Positions 12,845 to 25,101 of a stretch of DNA of 64,000 bases are shown piece after piece. The stretch spans positions 2,509 through 66,508 of the forward strand of contig NMRA01000268.1 in NCBI GenBank assembly GCA_002633005.1. The letters are read 5' to 3'. Source of the DNA: Phoronis australis (Eukaryota; Animalia; Phoronida). Position numbers and translations under genes: made by a program. The first letter of the stretch is position 1; each line of letters starts with the position of its first letter. The notes below the pieces were generated by a model. It ran no database searches, had not been told where the DNA came from, and saw only the letters and a list, made by a program, of their open reading frames with translations.

Positions 12845-13565
12845 ATTTATGATCGACATATGTCCCGAAAAATAGATAAATGATACGTGCGTCGCAAGCT
12901 CGTTACCAGAGATGAAAGGAGATTGATGTAGGAGATATAAGGTCATTTATTATGACTAGTACAATTACAATAAAATGAATACAGGTAAATAAGTATAACA
13001 GGTAATCTCTGGTAAGATGGGCACTAAAAAGCGCGGGCTGCGTGGAAGTACGAGAGAATGACGAAAACTGGGAGGAAGAGGGTGGGAAAATTGAATGAGT
13101 TTTTGACGTACGACAATGTGGCCGGAACAAAGTGAATTGAAAGCGAGGTTACAATAACAAAGTAAAACGCCCCTAAAGACACGTGACAATCATCAGCCTA
13201 TAAGAGCCAAGAGCTGACCAAACTCGAGGCACGTGATAACAACAGACCAATGCGAAGGCTGGAAAAACGTCGTGTAGTCCTGCACGAGGGAATAATGGAA
13301 TCGACCAAGATGAGGGGGAAAAGGAGTAAGGCGAGTCCATATGCTCACATAAATATATTTAACGAGTGAAATACCATTTATGATCGACATATGTCCCGAA
13401 AAATAGATAAATGATACGTGCGTCGCAAGCTCGTTACCAGAGATGAAAGGAGATTGATGTAGGAGATATAAGGTCATTTATTATGACTAGTACAATTACA
13501 ATAAAATGAATACAGGTAAATAAGTATAACAGGTAATCTCTGGTAAGATGGGCAATAAAAAGCGC
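12845..13565. repeat. 190-bp direct repeat pair (Ngaro B1/B2 split direct repeat)
   Basis: 12845-13034 and 13376-13565 (offset 531) are identical by eye except for one substitution near the right end (GCACTAAA vs GCAATAAA). Confidence 0.95.
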
Positions 13566-14800
13566 CACAGAGATGTTGTAAGACAGCTCATGCCCATCCG
13601 CAGGGACGCACGAAGGGAGAGAAATGGAAAGAAAAGGGGTGCAGGACTACTTACAAAGGCTGTCAGCCGGATACCCAACCCTAACTCCGGGTGCCAACCG
13701 GAGGGGGAGGTACGATTTCCAGGGCTGGAACAGGTGCCGGTGTTGTCTCACCCCGTGTCATGGCGGAAAGAAAATAGATAAATGAGGAAAAACAAGGGAG
13801 AAAAACGAACATACAAGAATACACGGACTGGTAAGCTAGAGGACGAAACGAGAGTACGAAAACTAAAAGGAAATGAGAGAAAAATATAAAAAATGAAGCT
13901 AAGGACAAATCAAAAATAGCTAACAGAGAATAACAAAATAGTTAATATAGAGAACTAAGGCTAACAATAATCGGATATAAAGGTAGAGTAACAAGTTAAG
14001 AATAAATGAAACACAAAATATAGGCAAAGGCCGAACAAAATGGCTAACAGGGTAGAAGAAAATATAAAATACAAAATAATCTACAAATGAGACGTACGAG
14101 ATACGGAACGAAGGGGACGGAGGGGATGGGGAAGGGGCAGGCAAAGGGATGCTAGCGAGGGAGGTGCAGGCAATACTGACACCAATGGGAGGTAACGGGT
14201 GGCTGGCCTGGGGAACGGAGGGACAAGAGGAAGGGGGAAATTAGGGACGAGGTGGGGGGAAAACTGACATGCGGATGTAACCCTTGACAGCGTCGGACTT
14301 CCAGGGCCCATGCGTTGGACGACGGGCTCCGGGAGGCCGCGAGCGGCGGCAGAGGTGGCGGCTCCGAAGCGGAAACTGTGAGACTTGTAGAAGGAGGGGT
14401 CAAGGGAGGCCGAGGTTATAACGGATCGCCGGGGGGGCGTTGGGACCTGAGGGAGGTTTGAACCCACAGCTCCTGATTGATAGTGTGCCAGGGGGTTGGG
14501 GTAGAAGAACGTAGCTTGCGAAATTGCTGGTCGTAAAACATGGCATGTTGAAACCCAAAAGAGGAGATGAAGTGCAGAATTGTCTGGGCATACTTACACA
14601 AGTGGGGGGACTGGTGAGGGTGGGAGGCGGAGTAGATGGACATATAGATGAGAAATGCCAGGAACCACTCATGGGGTGTTTGGAGAGATTTGGACCTGGG
14701 TGTGGAAGTAAGAACCTGTTGGTCGTCCTGGAGGGTGATGGAGAGGATGGAGGCGGAGGAGTGAGTGGGGTAGAGCAATTGGTGAAAGTCGACAAATTGG
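12845..14800 (-). mobile_element. Ngaro/DIRS tyrosine-recombinase retrotransposon, internally deleted (gag fused to YR C-terminus)
   Basis: Gag-like FVDFHQLL...EWFLAFLIYMSIY...KYAQTI...YDQQFRKLR...WHTINQELW (14800-14440). This runs directly into YR motifs LDPSFYKSHSFRFGAATSAAARG...MG/WKSDAVKGYIR (14420-14270). A 3' split direct repeat lies at 12845-13034 / 13376-13565. Confidence 0.85.
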
Positions 14801-16269
14801 TCAGTGATAATCAGATTACGAACCTAATTTTCACTCAGTGGGTGCGTTGCAACGCTTCTTCTGATTACTCCGTTCTCGCTAAGTCCCAAAGTGCGCATTA
14901 ATTATTTGCGTACACATAATAGGTCTGTTTTCTTGGTTTCGCCTTGGTAAAAACCATTTATATTTATCAGTTCCGGACTAAACCCTTTCCTCGAACTCCG
15001 TGCTTAGCTAGTGTGTTTCTTTCATTACAGGTTCAAGTGCTCTTGGTAGCTTATTTCCAGCCAAAAACATAACGTTCCAAAATGATAACTTAGCTCAGTC
15101 TATTTACAAAACTTTTTAATCGAAGTGACTAAAAGTCTGGTTGGTTTATTCACCCATGAGTGGTTTGTCATCGATATCAGTTGGTCAATGTTTCAGCATT
15201 TCAACTCCATGTCCTCAGATCAATTAAAACTGCAAAATAGAAAATTGTATATAAATTATTCATTTAGAACACGTGTGGTTATAAAATTTGCCCTTTACTT
15301 AGATTACAGGTAATCTCCGGGATTTGGAAAAAGTGACAAGTAGTTAGTGATTTGAAACTCGCTCAAACATTGGCTTCACGTACTGCACTGGAGGTAACGC
15401 TTTTCACGAGAATAAGGACGAAGACATTCGTCCATATGACATATGAATTGGTAAACAACATTACTTTTGGCCACTGGTAGTCGTAGACTGGAGTTGTTTT
15501 TCATGACAAAGTGACGTGACTTTACATTCTGATCATAAATAACCCCATTTAATCTATCACATGGTTTGACAACCTGAACCTGATCCTTTACAATACTCTT
15601 ATAAGCATAAGTTGGCCACTCAGATAATTATTAGACATGCAGTTCTTATTGTTGGAGCAAAACAAAACAGGCTCGGGGGTCTTTACTCTTTTATTGTCAG
15701 AATAAGTAGCGGTAGTAGTAGTAGGCGTAATAGTAAACGTAATAGTAGGTAAACTGAAATATAACAAAAAATATGTTCAAATATACACGTTACATAATGC
15801 TATACCATGTCTACAACAATTCAATTTCGAGGACAACGCCCAAGAAAATGACGACGGGCAAAAGGTTCACAATAATAGCAAGCGTTCGAAACGTTAAATA
15901 CACCTGACAGAACATGGAAAACTAATATACTAATGAATGCAAGTAAACTAGTTTAAATCAAGAAACATGAGTACTTACGCCGACATCGCCCCAAGTCCAG
16001 CCAAATTCCGTTGAAAATAACTATGTACATTGACGTTTCTCCACCATAAACGTTTGTGGAATGGCGTTCGAAAAAGGGCGGCACGAGAATAAGTAGTTGG
16101 AGAAAGCGGCATCTGGCGCAAGAACTACACTGTAACAAGTTTACTTACAAGGCTAGAAGCAAGCGTATTCGTATGCGTCAATCGGAATAACATCATTACG
16201 GCGTTTTCCCGTTGCTCCCAACTTGTTCGATTCTATAGCCCAACAACAAGTTGGGAAGTTTTCCCCTGT

Positions 16270-16973
16270 AGCAAATATCTTAGACGACTAATTGACTTCA
16301 TTCTGGCATTTATGGTTGGAGGGCCATCTCTCTTTTGTTCGATAATTGCTCTAATCTCCAATAAGATCATATCTACCCTGACTGGCCTTATAACATATTT
16401 GAACATAAACCAATAGCATTTCTGAAATCTTCGTCAAATGGTGATCATGTTTAGTTTTGGGTTCGCCCAAATCGCCCAACTGCAACCGAAGTTACGACAA
16501 TCTATTCTTTCCGAATGCACCAATTCACTCTGAGTTAATAGATAAGTGGCCTGCTTGTTCTCATAACAGACAAAAGAGTGTGCTGGGTAGTTAACAAAGA
16601 AGCTAGATGTTATCACACGCTCAGAACCCCCAACGTCTGGTAAAGTCACTGAACGGGAAAACGCTATCATGTAACACAACATGGCAGTCTGCAGTAACAC
16701 TTATAATACACGTTCTTAGTGGTACTAATTCTAGGATCAGTGTCAACATGAGAGTCGATCCTAGAAATGACAGACCAAACGTGGGTATCATCAAAAGAAT
16801 TAGTATAACCATTGTTAATTAGAACTTGTCTGATGCGTTGAACTTCAACGTTGAATGTTTGCCCGTCAGATATCTGGTGCGCCCTCTTGATGTAACTAGT
16901 CAAAACCGCTAGTTTGTACCGCTCAGGGCAATCACTTTTAGCACGTAAACAGGCACCAATATCTGTAGGTTTA
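16270..16973 (-). mobile_element. Penelope-like retroelement fragment (RT thumb and degenerate C-terminus)
   Basis: KPTDIGACLRAKSDCPERYKLAVLTSYIKRAHQIS...EVQRIRQVLINNGY is the characteristic PLE post-RT region. It is truncated by the element starting at 16974. Confidence 0.8.
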
Positions 16974-17160
16974 CAGTGGCGGATCTAGGATATCATAAGA
17001 GGGCCCGACACTTTGTCTCGAAAACATTCGCGCAAAGCACGTTTGTAGAGGCGCATAGCGCCGAATGGTTGGAGGTCAAGAGGTGGGGTTTGCACCTCCC
17101 GCCCAGGAGAAAATTTTGATTTGTCTCTAAAAACAAGCATCTTCCTTGATTTCTGAAGTA
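16974..17160 (+). mobile_element. Left half of a hAT-like MITE
   Basis: Begins CAGTGGCGGATCTAG, the same TIR type as the 9253 element. No matching right TIR was found in the window. Confidence 0.55.
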
Positions 17161-17163
17161 TTA

Positions 17164-20100
17164 TCAAAGAAAAAAAGAATAAAAAAGAAAAAAAGATAAC
17201 GAAAAAGAAAAGAGATAAAGAAAAAAGACAAAGAAATAGAAAAAAAAGAAATGAAAGCGTTCCGAGGAGCGACACTTGGCAAAATTAACAGAAAAGAAAA
17301 CGATAGAGATGATGACGAAGATGACGAATATGACGACGATGGTGACGATGATGAGCGATACAAGTAATGATAACATTCATAAGACAAACGTAGAGGTCAG
17401 AAATCAGTAAGTATAGGCTACTGTCTTGAGCGGCACTTGGCGAAATTAACTGAAAACAGGACGACGGGGTTCATGACGAAGATGATGAATATGATGACTA
17501 TGGTGATGATGCTGAACAAAATCATGACATTCATATGAAGCACTTAGATATAGATACCATAAATCAGCAAGAAATAGGCTACACTCTTGTTCAATAGAAA
17601 CTAAACCAACATCAATGCGGCAAGAGCGCTCAACAAAGGAACAGCTCTATCAGAAATCTCAAATAATTCAAAAAGTAGACGTCCTAGCGAAAAATGAAAA
17701 ATATCCTCTGAAAGCCTGTTCAAAACTCTTTCTAAATTTATGGTATCGCTTAATTCCGTAAATTTTTGGAAAAAAAGGAAATTTTTGCGTTTTTTTAAGA
17801 ATTTCAAAGTCAAATAACTCAAAAACGGTAAGTCTGAGGAAAAATTGTTAGATATCATTTGAAAGAATATACCTCAAAAAATCCACATGCAAAAAATCAC
17901 GTCTTCTTCTCTTCCCGTTTAAAATCGCACTCCAGCACGACTGATAACGGGTCAACATGCGCCAGATCCGCCATCTTGAAAGCAACTTCCGGTTTTTTGG
18001 CTCTGTATAATAGCATGTCATAAGAAACTAATACCTCTAAAATACGAAGCAATTGGTCTTATAATGCGCCCTCTACACGTTTTTAGGCCAAAATCGAGGT
18101 GCGCATGCGCGATCGCCGATATTTCCGCCATCTTTAATCGGAAAGGAACAATTTCTAATGAACTTGTAGCACACTTCCGGTCCATTGACTGTGCCGATTC
18201 TTAGCCTTGTACGTAAAAAATTGTAGCCTCCAGAAGCATTTGAACCTTAAAATGAAAACAAAATGGCCGCCACAGCCGCCATCTTGGATCCGATTATGAC
18301 GAAAAACAATAGGCTTCTAGTACTTCCGGTACTACGTGTTTTGTGTAAATTTCGAAAATTGCGACCTGTATCATGCAAACAAAAAAAATTAGTGTCAGAG
18401 CAACATACTTGGCGAAATTTATTTCGCCAAGTAAAAAACGAGAGCGATCGGAGGAGCGACACTTGGCAAAATTACGCGAAAACAGGACAATGGGGAGGAC
18501 GACGACGACGACGATCATGACGACTAGCGAGAAATGAAAAATATCTTATGAAAGCCCGTTTAAAACTATATCGAACTGTACAGATTTCTGATCGGTTAAT
18601 ATACATGGCAAGAAAATCCCGACACACAAAACTATTTGCAAAAACGCCAAATTTGACAATTTTCTCCCCGAAATAACCACCTTCCTGCAATTGCTAGAAA
18701 AAGTCTGGCTACAGATTCAGAATGCTCGCCCTCACTAGATTCTAACTATGTAGTCATAGTACGCCTCTTACCAGCTACGTTTTTGGCAAATTTGATCTAT
18801 CTGACAGCCACCTGAAATCGCACCCGGTTTCTCGGACAGCAGACGTCAGGGGTTGATAGCAAATGACAGCCACCAGTTTGCATCAAAAGTAGGTAAAAAT
18901 TGTCTTTTCTCATTCAAAAACACAAGTAAATAAGTTTCCTGGAAACTGTTGTCGACAATTTTCTCAAACCACCCGCCAAACCTGACACACGCCCTCAACA
19001 TAAATTCTAGAGACTAGAAAATGCTCCGTGGCCGTGGCCTGACTGTTCAGTGCTACCTACATTCTTGAGCGACAATAGGCAAAATTAACGACGATGATGA
19101 TTGTGGTGATGAAGGTGGCGATGATGACATTCATACGACGAACTTAGATGTCATAAATTAGTAAGAAATAAGCTACAGTCTTGTTCAAATAAACTAAACC
19201 AAAATCAATGCAGTAAGAGCGCTCAACAAAGAAACAGCGCTATCTAAAAATCTCAAATAATTCAAAAAGTAGACGTCCTAGCGAAAAATGAAAAACTTCA
19301 TCTGAAAGCCCGTTCCAAACTCTATGTAAATCAGTAGTTTCGAAACATTCCATAATTTTTTCGAAAATACTGAAATTTTCGTTTTTTTTGAAATTCAAAG
19401 TCAAATAACTCGAAAACGGTAAGTCTGAGAAGAACGTTATCGCAGAACTTTTGAAAGAGCATACTTCAAGGAATCCACATGCTAAAATTCACGTCATTTG
19501 CTCTTCCCGGTAAAAATGCGACCGTAGAACGATTGAAAACGGATGAAAATGCGCCAGAGCCGCCATTTTGAAAGTGTTTTCCGGTTAAACAAAATTTTAT
19601 AAAAGTCAATAAATAGCAACAAACACGTGACCAGTTTGAAAATGATTGGTTCGCCAATGCGCCCTTTACAGGAAAAAACGTTTTCGGCCACTTATCGAGG
19701 TGCGCATGCGCCATTGCCGATATTTCCGCTATCTTTGACCGGAACTTAAAGATTTACGGCACAGTTGTAGTACTTTTGTACTATAATAATCATTTCAATG
19801 TTCAGCCCTGCACGTCGAAAAATGCGGCCTCTATGAGAAATGTCTTCATGGTCTTGTTCAATACAAGCTAAATCAAAAGCTGTGCAGCAAGAGCTTTCAA
19901 CAAAGGAACAGCGGTAGCAGAAAATCTCGAATAATTCAAAAAGTAGGCGTCGTAGCGAAAAATGGAAAATACCTTCTGAAAGCCCGTTTAAAACTCTATC
20001 AGGATTGATAGCTTCGCAACATTCCATAAATTTTTCAAAAAAATTTGCGTTTTTTGAAATTCAAAGTCAAATAACTCGAGAACGGTAAGTCTGAGAAAAC

Positions 20101-22900
20101 CGTTATCCCAGAACTTTTGAAAAAGCATACCTCAATGAATCCACATGCAAAAATTCATGTCTTTTGCTCTTCCCGTTAAAAATGCAACGATTGAAAATGG
20201 GTGAAAATGCGCCAGAGCCGCCATCTTGAAAGTGACTTCCGGTTAAACAAAATTTTATAAAAGCTGGCGTTCGTTCAGTAGACGCTAGAATCTACGCTAG
20301 AACCTAGCTAAAATGTAGTCAAAGTCACGTGTTCTTACTTAAAATGCACGGCAATATCTCACGTAATCTCGCGAAGTCTTGCGTTTTTGCGAGGTCCTAG
20401 CGTTACTGAACGGGAAGCTGATCAATTGCAAGAAACACGTGACCAGTTTGAAAGGGATTGGTTCGCCAATGCGCCTTCTACAGGAGAAAACGTTTTTGGC
20501 CAGATATCGAGGTGCGCATGCGCCATTGTCAATATTTCCGCCATCTTTAATCGGAAGTCAACGTTTTTCAGCACAGTTGTAGCACATGTGTTCTATAATA
20601 ATCGTACCAAGATTCATCTCTGTACGTCAAAAAATGCGGCCTCTATGAGCATGTGAATGTGAAATCAGAAACAAAATGGCCGTCACGTCCGCTAATTTGA
20701 ATCCGATCATGACTAAAAACACTAGGCTTCCAGGACTTTCTAATCTACACGTCGTGTGCAAATTTCGTAAAAATGAAAATCGGACGAAAATTGCGACCTG
20801 TAGAGAGCGAACAAACAAAATGCAAGCGCTCCGAGGAGCGAAACTTGGCGAAATTAACCAAAAAAAAGACGATAAAGATGATGACGAAGATGACAAATAT
20901 GATGACGATGGTGGCGAGGATGAACAAAAGAAGTAATAATAACATACACATGACGAACGTAGAAGTCGGAAATCAGTAAGAAAAAGGCTACAGTCTTGCG
21001 CGACACTTGGCGAAATTAACGGAAAAGACAACGACGGAGATGATGACGAAGATGATGACGATGATGACGAACATGACGATGGTGGTGGCGATGATGAACA
21101 ACATCACAACATTCATATGATGAACTTAGATGTCATAAATCAATAAGAAATAGGCTACAGTCTAGTTCAATAGAAGATAAACCAACATCAATGCAGCAAG
21201 AGCGCTCAACAAAGGAACAGCGTTATCAGAAAATCTCAAATAACTCGAAAAGTAGACGTCCTAGCGAAAAATTGAAAACATCTTCTGAAAGCCCGCTCAA
21301 AATTCTATCTAACCTGACGGTATCGCCTAATTCCGTAAATTTTTCGAAAAAAAATGAAATTTTGCGTTTTTTAAAGAAATTCAAAGTCAAATAACTCAAA
21401 AACGGTAACTCTGAGAAACACGTTATCCCAGAACTTTTGAAAGAGCATACTTCAAGGAATCCATATGCAAAAATTCACGTCATTTGCTCTTCCCGTCAAA
21501 AATGCGACCGTAGAACGATTGAAAACGATTGAAAATGCTCCAGGGCCGCCATCTTGAGAATGACTTCCGGTTTGACAAAATTTTACAAAAGCTGATAGAA
21601 TGCAACAAACACGTGACCAGTTTGAAAATGATTGGTTCACCAATGCGCCCTCTACAGGAGAATAACGTTTTCGGCCAGTTATCTAAGTGCGCATGCTCCC
21701 TTGCCGATATTTCGCCATCTTTGACCGGAAGTTGAAGATTTACGGCGCAGTTGCAGTGCTTGTGTGCTTTAATAATCGTACCAATGTTCAGCCCTGCACG
21801 TCGAAAAATGCGGCATCTATGAGCAATATCTTCATGGTCTTGTTCAACAGAAGCCAAACCAACATCAGCGCAGCAAGAGCTGTCAACAAAGGAAAGCGCT
21901 ATTACAAAATCTCGAATAATTCAAAAAGTAGACATCGTAGAGAAAAATGGAAAACATCTTCTGAACGCCCGTCTAAAATTCTATCTAGATTGATAGTTTC
22001 GCAACATTCCATAAAGTTTTCTAAAAAAATTAAATTTTGCGTTTTTTTTGAAATTCAAAGTCAAATAACTATAAAACGGAAAGTGTGAGAAAACCGTTAT
22101 CGCAGAACTTTTGAAAGAAAATACTTCAAGGAATCCGCATGCAAAAATTCACGTAATTTGCTCTTCCCGTTAAATAGGCGACAGCAGAAAGATTGAAAAT
22201 TGGTGAAAATGCGCCAAAGCCGCCATCTTGAACGTTACTTCCGGTTAAGCAAAATTTTATAAAAGCTGATCAGTTGCAACAAACACGTGACCAGTTTGAA
22301 AGTGATTGGTTCGCCAATGCGCCCTCTACAGGAGAAAACGTTTTTGGCCATATATCGAGGTGCCCATGCCCCATCGTCAATATTTCCGCCATATTAAACC
22401 GGAAGTCAACGTTTTTCGTTAAAATTGTAGTACATGTGCTGTACAATATTCGCTCCAAGTTTCAGCTTTGTACGTCACAAAATGTGGCCTCTATGAGCAT
22501 TTGAATGTGAAATCCGAAACAAAATGGCCGCTTCGTCCGCCATTTTGAATCCGATCATGATCAAAAACAATAGGCTTCCATGACTTTCCAATCTACACGT
22601 CGTGTGGATATTTCGTGAAAATCGAGCGAGAATTGCGACCTGTAGAGAGCGAACAAAAAAACGAGAGCGCTCGGAGGAGTGACACTTGGCGAAATTACGC
22701 GAAAACAGGACGATGGGGAGGACGACGACGATGAAGGCGGAAATTATGAACAACATGATAACATTCATGTGTCTAGCGAACAAATCAGTAAGAAATAGAC
22801 TGCAGTCTTGTTCACGCACCCGGTAAACGGGCAAAAGTGCGAGAGCGCTCGGAGGAGCGACACTTGGCGAAAGGACGCGAAAACAGGACGGTGACAATGG
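17164..22900. repeat. Complex hierarchical macrosatellite (~670-bp and ~1170-bp subunits forming a ~1.84-kb dimer)
   Basis: Marker CAAATAACT.AAAACGG at 17811, 19402, 20068, 21388 and 22062. Recurring GAGCGACACTTGGCGAAATTA, GCCGCCATCTTG, ACTTCCGG and (GAT/GAC)n blocks. A-rich expansion at 17164-17255. Confidence 0.9.
20267..20414. mobile_element. Small insertion (MITE) inside the macrosatellite
   Basis: Absent from the homologous unit (22261 AAAAGCTGATCAG). Inverted ends CGTTCAGTA(G)ACGCTAG and CTAGCGTTACTGAACG. AAGCTG on both sides (20261-20266, 20415-20420). Confidence 0.75.
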
Positions 22901-22914
22901 CGCATCATCCTCGG

Positions 22915-23563
22915 GCGATAATTCTCCAAAATCCACTCGGGCTCTAGATAACGGGGGATAACGACTTCGCCATGTAATAATCTATATTTAGACTACAATA
23001 TTAGAGTCAAATGGCAGATACAACCGTGTAATAATCCATAAAGTTATCTCACTAGTGAGATAACGATTTGGCGGGAAACCGAGGACGGAGTCGAACTCGG
23101 GACCCTGAAATTGCTGATCGCCGACTTTACCACTACACCATGCAGCGGCTGACGTCATTAAGAGTGAAAATAGAATACTTGCATGTAAATGAGCACGCGC
23201 AATAATCGCACGTTCAACAAACCGCATTGTACTGTACTTATACGTTACGAAAAATAAGACACATAATTTCCATAAAAATGATATCTTAATTCAGTGGAAA
23301 TTTTCTTTCATGTCCTCTTACTTGTAAATCACCGATCTACAGTTTGAATGCAGGTATCGTGTCGTCAGGATCTTCGACTTGAGAATTATATTCTGTTACC
23401 AGTGGTAACCTACTTTAGCAGACGATAATTTCTCGGTCGAAGCTTAGCGTGAAAAAAAAGGTGTTTTAAGCTACATGTATAATAGTTGGCGATAATTCTC
23501 CAAGATCCACTCGGGCTCTAGATAACGGGGGATAACGACTTCGACGCCATGTAATAATCTATA
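22915..23563. repeat. ~72-bp direct repeat pair
   Basis: GGCGATAATTCTCCAA.ATCCACTCGGGCTCTAGATAACGGGGGATAACGACTTCG...CCATGTAATAATCTATAT at ~22915-22986 and ~23488-23563. Confidence 0.9.
23079..23149 (-). mobile_element. tRNA-derived SINE head / pseudo-tRNA
   Basis: The minus strand has A box TGGTGTAGTGG and B box GAGTTCGACTC at tRNA-like spacing. The stems do not pair well enough for a functional tRNA. Confidence 0.65.
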
Positions 23564-25076
23564 TGTATAACGTTCTTTTTTGCTCGTACTTTTCTTGGTT
23601 TGCTAAATTCTACTAAAATACATGGTCACGTGACCCAGTTAATGTCGGATTATTTCTAAACCAAACTTAAAATTCTACACGCTTTCTGCTTTCAGAAAAA
23701 ATATATATATATACCAAGTGGGTACAAACTGCCAAATGGGCAAATATCATATAAAGTACCAAGTGGGTACACCAAACAGCCAACTAGGCTATAAAAACCT
23801 GCAAAGCAGGGTTCCGGACAAGCTGAGTGAGCAGACCAGCCGGAGTATTGTAAGGAACGTGGTGTTGTGGCTCAGTACACCGTATGTGCCACATGGGTAG
23901 GGTTGTTCATGGATGAGATGAAAAACATTGTGTCATAGCATACCCCAGTCGTTAATTAAGTAGGCCTTCGACAATACAGTAGCCCCATCACGAACCCCAT
24001 TTAGCGCCAAAAAAACTTGAGACGGCGCTCGCGCCAATCGAAGTCTACATGTATGTCATCATCGTTACCACGAATTAAAATGCTGCAACCCGTAGCCTAA
24101 TCGCCACCATTTTGACTCTAGACCGGGACCCCAGAGCTTTTTTGGCCATGAAAAGGTAACCAATTTTCTTTGGTGCCACAGTGCTCTATTGGTATCCTGA
24201 TGCTTGGAAATGGTCGTCTGGCAGGTTCGCTCTGGTGGGTGTGTCCAGGGGAGCAAAGGGAATTGCACTCAAAGAATTGAGCTACATGTAGATCAACTTT
24301 TCTGGTAACCACTTCAAAGTACCTGGGATCTCGGTCTACTCGATCAACCTAAAAAAATTGGAAATGTAATAGCAACACAACATTGTGATTGTCTTTAATA
24401 AATTAAAACTACGAAATCAAGTCTGGATTGTATGAAATCATACCCAATTTTAAGAATTTGTAATCAATTGAACGTTTTAAATTCAGTATCAGAATTGCGT
24501 TAAGCCAATCAGACAGAATATTCCGGATTTGGGCCGGATTCCCTATAGGCTACTCTGGGCCGGAACATTAACACGAAACGTCGAAGTGCACACTGCAGAT
24601 TTTTTGTAGCCAGCCAGCTAGCTGTTTGAAGACTATCGCCAAAATGCAGCAAGGTAACACTGTGAATTGAGCTCTATAGTCTATGGTTAAACCACGAAAT
24701 CTCCTACAGGCCGGATACGAGTCGTGTTAGTCACCTCGTCGTGAAACTTATAGTCCGGATACCTATCGTCGTCAGGCTCCAAGGTCGTCCGCCACCTCCT
24801 TTCGCGTGTAGCGCAGCCACGCGGGACTTAGCGTTCCAATTTGGAGTGCTCGTCTGCACGTTAGGTACTAACCTCTCGGGAGTAACACGCATGGATGAAC
24901 TGAGACTAAAATTAATCCATTTACCGACTGTTTTTTGAGACCACTTAAAAACTTGTAGATTTTACTAATGCACTTTTTTTGTTCATTTTCAGAAGATATT
25001 TTCGAAATTAAATGTTCTTCAGACGGAACAAAAAACAACTCATGGATTGTTTATGCAATGTATCTATTTGTCCCAG

Positions 25077-25101
25077 CATAGATTATATACTATAGTCTAT
25101 G
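25077..25101. mobile_element. 25-bp P-like minimal element / excision footprint
   Basis: CATAGATTATA-TAC-TATAGTCTATG (two inverted termini) flanked by a perfect 7-bp duplication GTCCCAG (25070-25076, 25102-25108). Confidence 0.75.

Noticed and set aside
13681-14144. Hydrophobic membrane-protein-like ORFs
   Set aside because: They derive from the pyrimidine-rich non-coding 3' region of the Ngaro element.
16985-22936. Numerous Phe/Ser/Asp-rich ORFs in the array
   Set aside because: They are by-products of A-rich and (GAT/GAC)n repeats, and frames are not conserved between repeat units.
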